A stretch of 64,000 bases of DNA from Ignavibacteriota bacterium (GTDB lineage Bacteria > Bacteroidota > Ignavibacteria > UBA10030): contig CAVSHO010000008.1 in the NCBI GenBank assembly GCA_963727825.1, forward strand, positions 32,001 through 96,000, in the 5' to 3' direction. Positions 1 to 9,368 of the stretch are shown in pieces. The notes below the pieces were generated by a model. It had not been told where the DNA came from. It saw only the letters and a list, made by a program, of their open reading frames with translations, and searched no databases. The translations under genes and the position numbers were made by a program. Each line of letters begins with the position of its first letter. Within the stretch, counting starts at the first letter, position 1.

Positions 1-1
1 A

Positions 2-637
2 ATTAAAAACGAAAAACTTCTTGAACCAAAAGTCGTATATGGATATTTTCCATGTCAATCGGATAGGAACGATCTTATAATCTATTCAATACCAGATAAC
101 ATTTCGAATTTCCAATTTCCAATTTCGAAATTAAAAGAGTGGCTTCGATTTACATTCCCGCGCCAGAAAGATGATCGCTTCTTGTGTATCAGTGATTACT
201 TCGCGCCGGTGAATTCAGGTAAGATTGATGTTGTAGCATTTCATCTCGTAACCATGGGAAGGGCAGCATCTGAGTACTCAATGAAGCTTTTTGATTCAAA
301 TGAATATAAAGAGTATCTTTATTTTCACGGATTGAGTGTTGAGTCTACAGAAGCGCTTGCTGAATTCTGGCATAAAAAGATTCGTGAAGAACTTGGTATT
401 GCCGGTAAAGATTCGCCGGATATCAAGCGGCTGTTCAGCCAAGGATATCAAGGTTCACGGTTCAGTTTTGGTTATCCGGCTTGTCCGAATCTTGAGGATC
501 ATAAAAAACTTTTTGATTTGCTTAAACCTGAATGCATTGGCGTATCGATGACCGACGAATTTATGCTGGATCCTGAACAATCTACAGATGCTATTATTGT
601 TCATCATCCGGAAGCGAGATACTTTAATATCAAGTAA
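2..637 (+). CDS. metH: Cobalamin-dependent methionine synthase, C-terminal activation domain (partial, 5' end outside window)
   Basis: Open frame from base 2: VVYGYFPC..FTFPRQ..LCISDYF..EALAEFWHKKIR..GSRFSFGYPACPNLEDH..PEQSTDAIIVHHPEARYF. Confidence 0.93.
   Translation: MKNEKLLEPKVVYGYFPCQSDRNDLIIYSIPDNISNFQFPISKLKEWLRFTFPRQKDDRFLCISDYFAPVNSGKIDVVAFHLVTMGRAASEYSMKLFDSNEYKEYLYFHGLSVESTEALAEFWHKKIREELGIAGKDSPDIKRLFSQGYQGSRFSFGYPACPNLEDHKKLFDLLKPECIGVSMTDEFMLDPEQSTDAIIVHHPEARYFNIK
101..128. repeat. 4x heptamer ATTTC(G/C)A inside the metH coding frame
   Basis: atttcga atttcca atttcca atttcga, read as ISNFQFPISK. Confidence 0.7.
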
Positions 638-739
638 AAAGTGAAAAGTAAAATATTCGAAGTGAAGAGGAAAAAGTTAGAAGTAGCAATAGAAAACAAA
701 TTGTCAATAGATGAACGTTAAATAAAAGGATACAACAAC

Positions 740-1375
740 ATGCCAAATCTAGTTCTTCTCCGTCATGGAGAATCACAATGGAATCTTGAAAATCGTTTTA
801 CCGGCTGGGTCGATATTCCTCTCTCGCCAAAAGGCGAAATGGAAGCACACCAGGCAGGTGAAAAGTTAAAAGGATACAAATTTGAAAAAGGATATACGTC
901 CGTTTTGAAACGAGCGATTGACACAATGGATATTGTGTTGAAAATTATAGGTCAGAGTAATCTTCCGCTTGAACGTGACAAAGCACTGAATGAACGTCAC
1001 TATGGTGCTCTTCAGGGATTGAACAAAGCCGATATCGGCAGGCAGTACGGCGAAGAGCAGTTAAAAATCTGGCGCCGCAGTTATGATGTTCCACCACCGA
1101 AAGATGTGACGGACCTGAATCCTGATGGTGTCAGTGAAAGTTTGAAAGACACGGCCGCTCGAACGCTGCCTTACTTTGAAGCAAAGATCATTCCTGATGT
1201 CCTCGCAGGAAAAAATGTACTTGTTACGGCGCACGGAAATAGTCTGCGTTCGATCGTTATGCGACTCGACAACCTGACAAAAGAACAAGTGCTGGAATTA
1301 AATATCCCTACAGGTGTTCCATTATTATATATCTACAACAGTAATGGGAAAATCACGGAACACCGATATTTGTAG
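740..1375 (+). CDS. gpmA: 2,3-bisphosphoglycerate-dependent phosphoglycerate mutase
   Basis: LVLLRHGESQWN, NRFTGW, LNERHYG and AHGNSLR motifs. Confidence 0.96.
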   Translation: MPNLVLLRHGESQWNLENRFTGWVDIPLSPKGEMEAHQAGEKLKGYKFEKGYTSVLKRAIDTMDIVLKIIGQSNLPLERDKALNERHYGALQGLNKADIGRQYGEEQLKIWRRSYDVPPPKDVTDLNPDGVSESLKDTAARTLPYFEAKIIPDVLAGKNVLVTAHGNSLRSIVMRLDNLTKEQVLELNIPTGVPLLYIYNSNGKITEHRYL

Positions 1376-1526
1376 AAAAAGGGCAATATTTTAGCAGACT
1401 TTCCGCTTGCATTTCGGTTGTCTCTTTAGCATATTCGATGCGTTAAAAATTGGAGTTGTAATTGCGTAAACCCAAATCGAAAAAGAGACAACTCATCATA
1501 AAAGTTTTTATTCAAGGAGATACATT

Positions 1527-1865
1527 ATGGCGACAAAGATAACTGAAGAATGTATTAACTGTGGTGCTTGCGAACCTGAATGCCCGAATACGGCAATTTA
1601 TTCAAGCGGCACAGCTTATGAATTAAATGGAAAAACATTCGACGCACTATCTAAAGATTTCTATTACATCGTTCCTGAAAAATGTACCGAATGCGTCGGC
1701 CACTTCGATCAAGAGCAGTGTGCTGCAGTTTGTCCGGTCGATTGCTGTGTTCCTGATCCAGATCATGTCGAGACGGAAGAGCAATTAGCGATAAAAGCGA
1801 AACAGATTCATCCTGAAAAAACTTTCGGTGAATTAGACGCATCGAACTCGCATTTCCGCAAATAA
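1527..1865 (+). CDS. 2[4Fe-4S] ferredoxin, YfhL-like
   Basis: CINCGACEPECP and CTECVGH..CAAVCPVDC motifs; AAGGAG SD. Confidence 0.92.
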   Translation: MATKITEECINCGACEPECPNTAIYSSGTAYELNGKTFDALSKDFYYIVPEKCTECVGHFDQEQCAAVCPVDCCVPDPDHVETEEQLAIKAKQIHPEKTFGELDASNSHFRK

Positions 1866-1885
1866 TAAATTGGCGGTAAATTTTT

Positions 1886-1927
1886 AAGGTCGGTTCTTCC
1901 ATCATCGAGGGGCCGACTTTTTTTATT
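1886..1927 (+). terminator. Intrinsic terminator
   Basis: gtcggttctt..gaggggccgac hairpin followed by a T tract. Confidence 0.65.
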
Positions 1928-1958
1928 TATGCATAGCTGACTCATCACTGATGATAAG

Positions 1959-2918
1959 ATGATATATTCCATTACACATCGCATCAAATTAAATGCGCTT
2001 GAACTTGGTTTTTCCAAAGTCGGTATTGCGCGAGTTGAGTCATTGAACGAAGAAGGAGTGCGACTGCGCGAATGGCTTGCCCGCGGTTATCACGCATCGA
2101 TGCAATGGATGGAACGCGATGCTGAGAAGCGTGCTGATGTAACGAAAGTTTTCCCAAATGCAAAATCAATAATCTGTGTCGCTCTTAATTATTTTACACC
2201 TTCTCAACAGTCCAATAGTCCTGCTCTTGGTAAGATATCAAGATATGCTTGGGGTGATGATTACCACCTTGTGCTAACAAATCGGTTAGAAAAGTTGTTT
2301 GAATTTATTAAGTCAGAAATTCCTGGAGTGGAAGGAAAGATTTATGTTGATACTGGACCTATGATGGAAAAAGCTTGGGCAGTTCGTACCGGAATTGGAT
2401 GGATGGGAAAACATACGAACGTCATTACGCAAAATTTTGGATCATGGATTTTCCTTGGAGAAATTTTACTGGACGCGGAACTTGAATATGACTTGCCAAT
2501 CTTAGACCATTGCGGTACATGTACTGCTTGTATTGATGCTTGCCCGACGCATGCGCTTGTTCAACCGTATATATTAGATGCGAATAAATGTATATCATAC
2601 TTAACTATAGAGCATCGCGGCGATTTGCCGAATATTCTGACATCAAAATTTGACAACTGGATATATGGCTGTGATGTTTGTCAGGATGTTTGTCCGTGGA
2701 ATCGATTTCAAAAAGAGACGGAAGAACAGGCTTTCCAGCCTCGAGAAGAAAATGTTGCGCCAGAATTGGCAGAACTTGTCAAAATGAGTCAGGAAGAATT
2801 CAATCGGAGGTTCCGAAGAAGTCCCATTAAGCGGACTAAACATTCTGGATTCGTTAGAAATGTAAAAGCTGTATTGGAATCTTTTAAGGATAATGCGCAT
2901 CTTATTAGTAAACAGTGA
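1959..2918 (+). CDS. queG: Epoxyqueuosine reductase
   Basis: ISRYAWGDDYH, VDTGP, CGTCTACIDACPT, CISYLTIE and GCDVCQDVCPWN motifs. Confidence 0.95.
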   Translation: MIYSITHRIKLNALELGFSKVGIARVESLNEEGVRLREWLARGYHASMQWMERDAEKRADVTKVFPNAKSIICVALNYFTPSQQSNSPALGKISRYAWGDDYHLVLTNRLEKLFEFIKSEIPGVEGKIYVDTGPMMEKAWAVRTGIGWMGKHTNVITQNFGSWIFLGEILLDAELEYDLPILDHCGTCTACIDACPTHALVQPYILDANKCISYLTIEHRGDLPNILTSKFDNWIYGCDVCQDVCPWNRFQKETEEQAFQPREENVAPELAELVKMSQEEFNRRFRRSPIKRTKHSGFVRNVKAVLESFKDNAHLISKQ

Positions 2919-2973
2919 ACAGCGATGAGTGATCAGTGAACTGCATACTGCGACCTGATCACTGAAAGCTGAA
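2904..2973. repeat. Degenerate heptamer array: 5 units nncagtg followed by 5 inverse units nactgnn
   Basis: attagta aacagtg aacagcg atgagtg atcagtg / aactgca tactgcg acctgat cactgaa agctgaa. Confidence 0.6.
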
Positions 2974-3018
2974 ACAATAAATTACTACATGGTAAATCGC
3001 ACAATCACAAAATCGAAA

Positions 3019-3960
3019 ATGTCTAATCATCGCAAAATTATTATTATCGGTTCAGGTCCAGCCGGACTTACTGCCGCACTTTATGCAGGACGCGCAAATC
3101 TCTCACCGCTTGTGTTCGAGGGACAGCAGCCCGGCGGACAATTAACAATCACGACCGATGTAGAAAACTATCCTGGCTTTCCGGAAGGTGTCAATGGCCC
3201 TGAATTGATGGACATCATGCGTAAACAGGCGCAGCGCTTTGGAGCGGAAACAGTATTCCATACGGTTGAGTCGGTCGATATGTCGAAGCGGCCGTTTAAG
3301 GTAGTTGCTGAAGGCGAAGAATTTTTTGCTGAAGCGCTTATCATCGCAACCGGAGCATGCGCGAAGTGGTTAAATATTCCATCGGAAGAAGAGTATAAAG
3401 GATTCGGTGTCTCTGCCTGTGCTACATGCGATGGTTTCTTTTTTCGGAACCAGCATGTCGCGGTTGTTGGTGGTGGCGATACTGCATTAGAAGAAGCATC
3501 TTATCTTACAAACCATGCTTCGAAAGTTTCTATTATTCATCGTCGGCAAGAGTTGCGGGCTTCTGTAGCGATGCGGGAACGGGTGAAGGAGAACCCGAAG
3601 ATTAATTTTATTTGGGATTCAATTGTGGAAGAAATTGTTGGTATACAGGAGAACGGTCACAAGAAAATGACCGGACTCAAGCTTAAAAATGTGAAGACAG
3701 GCTTGATAACTGAGTTTAAGTGTGATGGTTTATTTCTTGGAATCGGACATCAGCCAAATACATCGCTCTTCAAAGGTATGTTAGACATGGATAGTGTAGG
3801 ATATCTTATAACCAAACCTTACAGTACCGAGACGAATGTTCAAGGTGTATTTGCTGCGGGAGATGTTGCAGATCCCAAATATCGGCAGGCAATTAGTGCG
3901 GCTGGTACCGGTTGCATGGCGGCAATTGATGCAGAGCGATTTTTAGCAGAATATAAATGA
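3019..3960 (+). CDS. trxB: Thioredoxin-disulfide reductase
   Basis: IIIGSGPAG, GGQL, CATCDG, GGGDTA and GDV..YRQA motifs; start placed at the second Met (alternative 2989). Confidence 0.96.
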   Translation: MSNHRKIIIIGSGPAGLTAALYAGRANLSPLVFEGQQPGGQLTITTDVENYPGFPEGVNGPELMDIMRKQAQRFGAETVFHTVESVDMSKRPFKVVAEGEEFFAEALIIATGACAKWLNIPSEEEYKGFGVSACATCDGFFFRNQHVAVVGGGDTALEEASYLTNHASKVSIIHRRQELRASVAMRERVKENPKINFIWDSIVEEIVGIQENGHKKMTGLKLKNVKTGLITEFKCDGLFLGIGHQPNTSLFKGMLDMDSVGYLITKPYSTETNVQGVFAAGDVADPKYRQAISAAGTGCMAAIDAERFLAEYK

Positions 3961-4226
3961 CGACTATGTTAAAAATCAAAAATGAGAAAGGAAAAGTGAA
4001 AACATTTAGTTAATTGTTCTGACATTATATATTTATTGACCTGTTGTGGTTTCCAATCTCTATTGTCGAATTCCCCCAATTATTCGCTAATAAATTCATT
4101 TATTGTATATTTCTTTTTCCGCTTCTTTGTTTGACTTTCCGCCCTCTATTTCATAATTTGTTACGCCATAATAACTTACACTAAAGGCACGAGGCGAGAT
4201 AATCAAGCCCGATCTTCGTGAAATTT

Positions 4227-5129
4227 ATGTCTAAAACTGCAAAATGGGTCATAGGCATTATTGCCGCACTCATATTCATATTCGGATTATTTGTCCTAAC
4301 GATAGTCTCGTGGATATTTTCTGACGAAAACGATGAGACGATATCGACTGGCGGCGAAAAGATTGCTGTAGTTGAACTAAAAGAACCGATTGTCTCTTCT
4401 GAAGATATTGTGAGGCAGTTTAAAAAGTATCGTGATAACAAATCGATACGGGCAATAGTTTTTCGTGTTGAATCTCCAGGCGGTGGTGTAGCGGCAAGTC
4501 AGGAAATTTATGAGGAAGTGAAAAAGACTCGTGATGCCGGCAGACCAGTCGTTGTCTCAATGGGCTCTGTGGCGGCAAGCGGCGGGTATTATGTTTCGTG
4601 CGGCGCTACTAAAATTGTAGCAAATCCTGGAACGCTCACGGGAAGCATTGGTGTGATTTTTCAATTCATGCATTTTCAGCAGCTCATGGATAAAATTGGT
4701 GTGGATCAGACAACATTCAAAACGGGAAAGTTTAAGGATTCAGGTTCACCATTTCGTAAGACAACAGAAGAGGAAAAGCAATACTTCAACATGCTTATAG
4801 GCGACGTGTACGATCAGTTTGTCGATGTTGTAGCTGAAGAACGCGGGATGGATCGCAAGGATGTACTGAAGTACGCAGATGGACGTGTTTTTACAGGACG
4901 TCAAGCATTAGAATATGGATTTGTAGACACGCTCGGTACGATGGAAGATGCAATAAATATTGCTGCGGAACTCGGCGGTATTCAGGGTAAACCGAGCGTT
5001 GTGAAAGAGACAAAGAAAAAAACTATCTTTGAGAAACTCATTGGTGATGCAGCAACAGAAGTAACAAAAATTCGGCAGGAATTTTTACAGCAGCCGGTTT
5101 TGCAGTACCGATTCACGTCTCCCAACTAA
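4227..5129 (+). CDS. sppA: Signal peptide peptidase SppA, 36K type
   Basis: N-terminal TM helix; ESPGGG, SMGSVAASGGY and TGSIGV motifs. Confidence 0.93.
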   Translation: MSKTAKWVIGIIAALIFIFGLFVLTIVSWIFSDENDETISTGGEKIAVVELKEPIVSSEDIVRQFKKYRDNKSIRAIVFRVESPGGGVAASQEIYEEVKKTRDAGRPVVVSMGSVAASGGYYVSCGATKIVANPGTLTGSIGVIFQFMHFQQLMDKIGVDQTTFKTGKFKDSGSPFRKTTEEEKQYFNMLIGDVYDQFVDVVAEERGMDRKDVLKYADGRVFTGRQALEYGFVDTLGTMEDAINIAAELGGIQGKPSVVKETKKKTIFEKLIGDAATEVTKIRQEFLQQPVLQYRFTSPN

Positions 5130-5146
5130 TATTTCGAGGAGGTTCC

Positions 5147-5443
5147 GTGACAAAAGCAGATATCGTAGAAGTTATTGCATCGGCAACAGGACTAACGAAA
5201 GTAGAAACCGAAGCAGTGGTGGATGGATTCATCATGACGGTTATCTCTGCGATGAAGGAAGGAAAGAATATCGAGATTCGCGGTTTCGGCAGTTTTAAGA
5301 TTAAGAAACGAAAAGGTAGGATGGCGCGCAATCCGCGCACTGGCGCACAAGTAATGGTAGATGAGCATTTTGTTCCGACATTTAAGGTATCGAAAGAAAT
5401 GAAGCAAGTAGTGAATGAAAATTTGAAGAAGGGATTTTCATAA
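5147..5443 (+). CDS. HU/IHF-family DNA-binding protein
   Basis: MTKADIV..EIRGFGSF..ARNPRTG; GTG start with GGAGG SD. Confidence 0.94.
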   Translation: MTKADIVEVIASATGLTKVETEAVVDGFIMTVISAMKEGKNIEIRGFGSFKIKKRKGRMARNPRTGAQVMVDEHFVPTFKVSKEMKQVVNENLKKGFS

Positions 5444-5581
5444 TAGTAAAAAGAAGTTTATCTCGAGGGCGAGAAATAAAAATAGCCGCTAATTCTTCCA
5501 TAAATTTAGGAAAGATGGTAGCTGATATTAATTCAACACAACTCACAACAACGAAGCAGTAATAACAGAAAGGAGCCGCGT

Positions 5582-5677
5582 ATGCCATGTGGTCGTAAGC
5601 GGAAACGCCACAAAATAGCGACACACAAGCGCAAGAAGCGTTTGCGGAAGCAGCGTCATAAGAAGAAATCTCGTTAG
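5582..5677 (+). CDS. Small basic ribosomal protein bS22 / AURKAIP1-COX24 (mS38)-like, 31 aa
   Basis: MPCGRKRKRHKIATHKRKKRLRKQRHKKKSR*; AAGGAG SD; followed by a hairpin; below the ORF-track size cutoff. Confidence 0.88.
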   Translation: MPCGRKRKRHKIATHKRKKRLRKQRHKKKSR

Positions 5678-5687
5678 TGTATTATCC

Positions 5688-5723
5688 TTTTGCCTGCCGT
5701 GAACTAAAAAACGGCAGGCAAAA
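5688..5723. terminator. Terminator-like hairpin after bS22
   Basis: ttttgcctgccgt-N10-acggcaggcaaaa, perfect 13-bp stem. Confidence 0.65.
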
Positions 5724-5831
5724 TAAGAATATGAAAACCGGGAATGTTAATGTGAGTTGATGAAGATTATAATTTAGATTTAGAATTATTTTCACTTCAA
5801 TTTATAGAATTGTCACATACAGGAGGTTGTA

Positions 5832-6164
5832 ATGGCACAGGAAAATGATGGCATGGCGAAGGGGCTTATTGTTGGGTTCATCACAGGCAGTATTGTGGGT
5901 GCGGCAATCGCGCTGCTTTATGCACCGAAAGCGGGCAAAGAATTGCGCGCCGATTTAAAAGAAAAAGCAGGCGATTTGATGGACGACGCTCAGGAATATA
6001 TGGCGCGGGCAAAATCGACAGCAGTTGATATTATTAATGAAGGAAAACAGAAAGCAGCCTCGCTGGTAGATGATGCACGCCGCAAAGCCGACTCAATTAT
6101 GGGCGATGCAGACCGCGTTATGAATCACGCGCGGACTAAAAGTGAAGGTGGAAAGAACACCTGA
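5832..6164 (+). CDS. YtxH domain-containing protein
   Basis: GSIVGAAIALLYAPKAGKELR signature; AGGAGG SD. Confidence 0.88.
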   Translation: MAQENDGMAKGLIVGFITGSIVGAAIALLYAPKAGKELRADLKEKAGDLMDDAQEYMARAKSTAVDIINEGKQKAASLVDDARRKADSIMGDADRVMNHARTKSEGGKNT

Positions 6165-6219
6165 GCTAATTTTAAATCCAAACAACATTATTCACGAAAT
6201 CCATAAGAGGGAAACTCGA

Positions 6220-6615
6220 GTGGAAACATTAATTCAACTTACAGAAATATTAGCGCTGTCGAGCGCCTCCGCATTGTGCATCTATCTTATCGTTGTCCTT
6301 GTTCGCTTCAATGCACTTTTGCTGGTCTTGCAGCGTGAACTTGTCGATCTAAATAAAAACCTGAAACCTATCCTCGAAAACCTCAATTCAATAACAGACA
6401 AATTGCGGTTGATAGCTATAAAAGTGGATGAACAGGTCGACATGGTGCAAGGAGTTTTTATTGCGTTCAAGCGAATTACAGAAAACGTGACCCGTTTTGA
6501 AGAGCGTTTTCAGTATCTATTGGAAGAACCGCTCATGCGCGTTAGCGCATTGTTTAGCAACGTAATCAATCGCGTTGTATCCATGTTCGGGCGGCGCTCG
6601 CAGGATATCCTCTGA
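6220..6615 (+). CDS. DUF948/YtxG-like membrane-anchored coiled-coil protein
   Basis: N-terminal TM followed by a coiled coil; adjacent to YtxH; GTG start after GAGG. Confidence 0.65.
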   Translation: METLIQLTEILALSSASALCIYLIVVLVRFNALLLVLQRELVDLNKNLKPILENLNSITDKLRLIAIKVDEQVDMVQGVFIAFKRITENVTRFEERFQYLLEEPLMRVSALFSNVINRVVSMFGRRSQDIL

Positions 6616-6710
6616 CGCATTCCTGAGATTTTTTTTCTGACGACGAATACCCGCTTGTTTGTATAGCGGAGTGCGCGGCGTTGTCATTTTACGAATAGGA
6701 GAAAAACATC

Positions 6711-8822
6711 GTGTCAAAAACAACAAGTAAAGAATATTCAATTGATAAAATTCGAAACATTGCATTTATCGGTCACGGAGGTTCGGGAAAAACGACGTTG
6801 ACCGAGTCGTTGATGTTTGTTTCAGGAGCGTCTGACCGCATGGGACGTGTGGAAGACGGTTCAACAATCTCTGATTATCATTCAGATGAAATTGAACGCA
6901 AGATTTCTATCAATGCCGCTGTCCTTCATACCGATTGGCAGGGGACAAAGATTAATATTATTGATACACCGGGTTATTCAGACTTCACAGGCGAAGTTAT
7001 AAGTTCTCTGCGTGTTGCCGATCTTGCGGTTGTTCTTGTAAAAGCAGTCGAGGGCGTGGAAGTCGGCACTGAGATCGTGTGGAACTATACTAAAGCCCTC
7101 AATCTGCCTTCACTTTTAGTGGTTAACAAATTGGATGCGGAAAACTCCGAGTTCGATCAAGCGTTTGCGACAGCAAAAGATCGTTTTGGGAATGATGTCG
7201 TGCAGGTGCAGTTTCCAGTGAACCAAGGGCTTTCATTTGACACTGTCGTGGATGTGCTTAAAATGAAGCTTTTAAAATTCAATCGGGAAGGCAACGGGAA
7301 ATTTATTGAGCTCGATATTCCCGCCGACTTGCAGCAGAAAGCCGAGCAGCTGCATGAAGAACTAATCGAGAAAATTGCAGAAACCGATGAAGCTTTGATG
7401 AATAAATTTTTCGAGGAAGGCACGTTGAAAGATACTGATCTCGAAAATGGTTTCCGCATTGCTTTGCTCGCACGAAAAATTTTCCCTGTCTTTTGTACTG
7501 CTGCTACGTTTGGCATTGGAGTTGGACCATTGATGAGCTTCATTGATACTTATGGGCCGTCGCCGAAGTATCGAGGTGCAGTCAAAGCAACAAACAGTAC
7601 CGATAAAAAAGAAATTGATGTGGATCCTAATACAGCGAAAGAACCGTCGCTCTTTGTATTTAAAACGGTTTCTGAAGAACACGTTGGCGAGTTATCCTAC
7701 TTCCGAGTTTATTCCGGTACAATCACGCCCGGGCTAGACTTATTGAACCAATCCAATGGTAAAGGCGAGCGCCTCGGACAATTATTTGTGATGAACGGCA
7801 AAGAACGTCAGGAAATTACTAGGCTAATTGCAGGTGACATAGGTGCTGTAGTGAAATTGAAAGACACGCATACCAACAACACTCTTAGCAGTCGGACATT
7901 TCCGGTCGTGTACGCACCAATCATCTTCCCCGATCCGGTTATACGAATGGCGATTCATTCCAAAGTTAAAGGGGATGAAGACCGTATGGCAAATGGATTG
8001 CATTCTTTGCACGAGGAAGACCCAACATTTGTTATTTCAGTCGACGGCAAACTCAGCCAGACAATCATTGCAGGACAGGGCGAATTGCATTTGCTCATAG
8101 TGACCAAGCGTCTGAAACTCAAGTACAGTGTTGATGTAGACTTGACTGAGCCAAAGATTCCATACAAAGAAGCAATTCGTGCAGTAGCAGCAGATGTGGA
8201 ATATAAACACAAGAAGCAGACAGGTGGACGCGGGCAGTACGGACACGTGCATATTAAAATTGAGCCACGACCGCGAGGCGCCGGATTTGAATTTGAAGAC
8301 GCTCTTGTTGGCGGTGTTGTGCCGGGCCGTTTTGTGCCGGCAGTTGAAAAGGGCGTTATTGAAACTATGCAGCGCGGCGTGCTTGCCGGTTATGAAGTCG
8401 TGGATGTGAAGGTAACAATTTTCGACGGCTCTTACCACGCGGTAGATTCTGACGAACATTCTTTCAAGATTGCCGGTTCTATGGCGTTTAGAAAAGGTAT
8501 TATGGAAGCGAAACCTATTCTTTTGGAACCGATCAATATTATTGAAGTGACAGTTCCGGAAGAATATATGGGCGATGTTATGGGCGATCTCTCAGGAAGG
8601 CGCGGAAAAATTCAAGGTATGGAAGCCGAAGGGCATTTCCAAGTTATTAAAGCCACAGTACCGATGGCTGAGATTCATAAATACTCTACGATCCTTCGCT
8701 CTATGACACAAGGACGTGGAGTGTATAAAACAAAGTTCTCGCATTACGATGAGATGCCTCGCGAACAAGCAGAGAAAGTTATCGAAACCAGCGCGAAAAA
8801 TAAGAAGGAAGAAGAAGAGTAA
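6711..8822 (+). CDS. Elongation factor G paralog (EF-G2 type)
   Basis: Full EF-G domain layout; GHGGSGKTT, RKISI (in place of RGITI), DTPGY, NKLD; the canonical fusA is at 49916. Confidence 0.93.
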   Translation: MSKTTSKEYSIDKIRNIAFIGHGGSGKTTLTESLMFVSGASDRMGRVEDGSTISDYHSDEIERKISINAAVLHTDWQGTKINIIDTPGYSDFTGEVISSLRVADLAVVLVKAVEGVEVGTEIVWNYTKALNLPSLLVVNKLDAENSEFDQAFATAKDRFGNDVVQVQFPVNQGLSFDTVVDVLKMKLLKFNREGNGKFIELDIPADLQQKAEQLHEELIEKIAETDEALMNKFFEEGTLKDTDLENGFRIALLARKIFPVFCTAATFGIGVGPLMSFIDTYGPSPKYRGAVKATNSTDKKEIDVDPNTAKEPSLFVFKTVSEEHVGELSYFRVYSGTITPGLDLLNQSNGKGERLGQLFVMNGKERQEITRLIAGDIGAVVKLKDTHTNNTLSSRTFPVVYAPIIFPDPVIRMAIHSKVKGDEDRMANGLHSLHEEDPTFVISVDGKLSQTIIAGQGELHLLIVTKRLKLKYSVDVDLTEPKIPYKEAIRAVAADVEYKHKKQTGGRGQYGHVHIKIEPRPRGAGFEFEDALVGGVVPGRFVPAVEKGVIETMQRGVLAGYEVVDVKVTIFDGSYHAVDSDEHSFKIAGSMAFRKGIMEAKPILLEPINIIEVTVPEEYMGDVMGDLSGRRGKIQGMEAEGHFQVIKATVPMAEIHKYSTILRSMTQGRGVYKTKFSHYDEMPREQAEKVIETSAKNKKEEEE

Positions 8823-8839
8823 AATATTTTTTCTATGTA

Positions 8840-8865
8840 GTAGGGTTCAATATATTGAACCCTAC
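8840..8865. terminator. Hairpin between convergent genes
   Basis: gtagggttcaa-tata-ttgaaccctac. Confidence 0.6.
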
Positions 8866-8880
8866 AGAATTAATTATAAT

Positions 8881-9252
8881 TTAGGCTTTGATATTAAGAG
8901 TTGAATTGACTTTCTCGAGGAGCACATCGAGAGTAAATCCTTTTGCAAGATATTCTACCGTCGCGCCCTTCTTCCATTCCTTGTACAATTGCTCATCAAT
9001 AGTCATCATTATTATAGGGATATCAGCCGTTTCCTTGCGCTCCTTTAATATCTCTAACATATTGTAACCATTGAGATTCTTCATAAAAACATCGCTGATA
9101 ATCAAATCAGGGTGGTGCTGTTTCGCAAGCTCAAGCCCTACAAGTCCATCTTCGGCTTCCAGTGTTTCATAGCCGCCTTTCAATTTTAGTGCAGCAGATA
9201 TAGATTTACGTACAGAATCATCGTCGTCAACAACGAGTATTTTTTTCCCCAT
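8881..9252 (-). CDS. Stand-alone CheY-like response regulator
   Basis: KILVVDDD, PDLIISDVFM, IPIIMMT and YLAK motifs. Confidence 0.9.
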   Translation of the reverse strand: MGKKILVVDDDDSVRKSISAALKLKGGYETLEAEDGLVGLELAKQHHPDLIISDVFMKNLNGYNMLEILKERKETADIPIIMMTIDEQLYKEWKKGATVEYLAKGFTLDVLLEKVNSTLNIKA

Positions 9253-9368
9253 AAGGAAACCTCTCATTTTATTATTTTAATAATTTACAAAATTTCGCAC
9301 TTAATTACAAGGCGATAGGACAATCTCATTTTATCGTCTCCTTTTTTTTCTGTATCTTAAATTAATAT

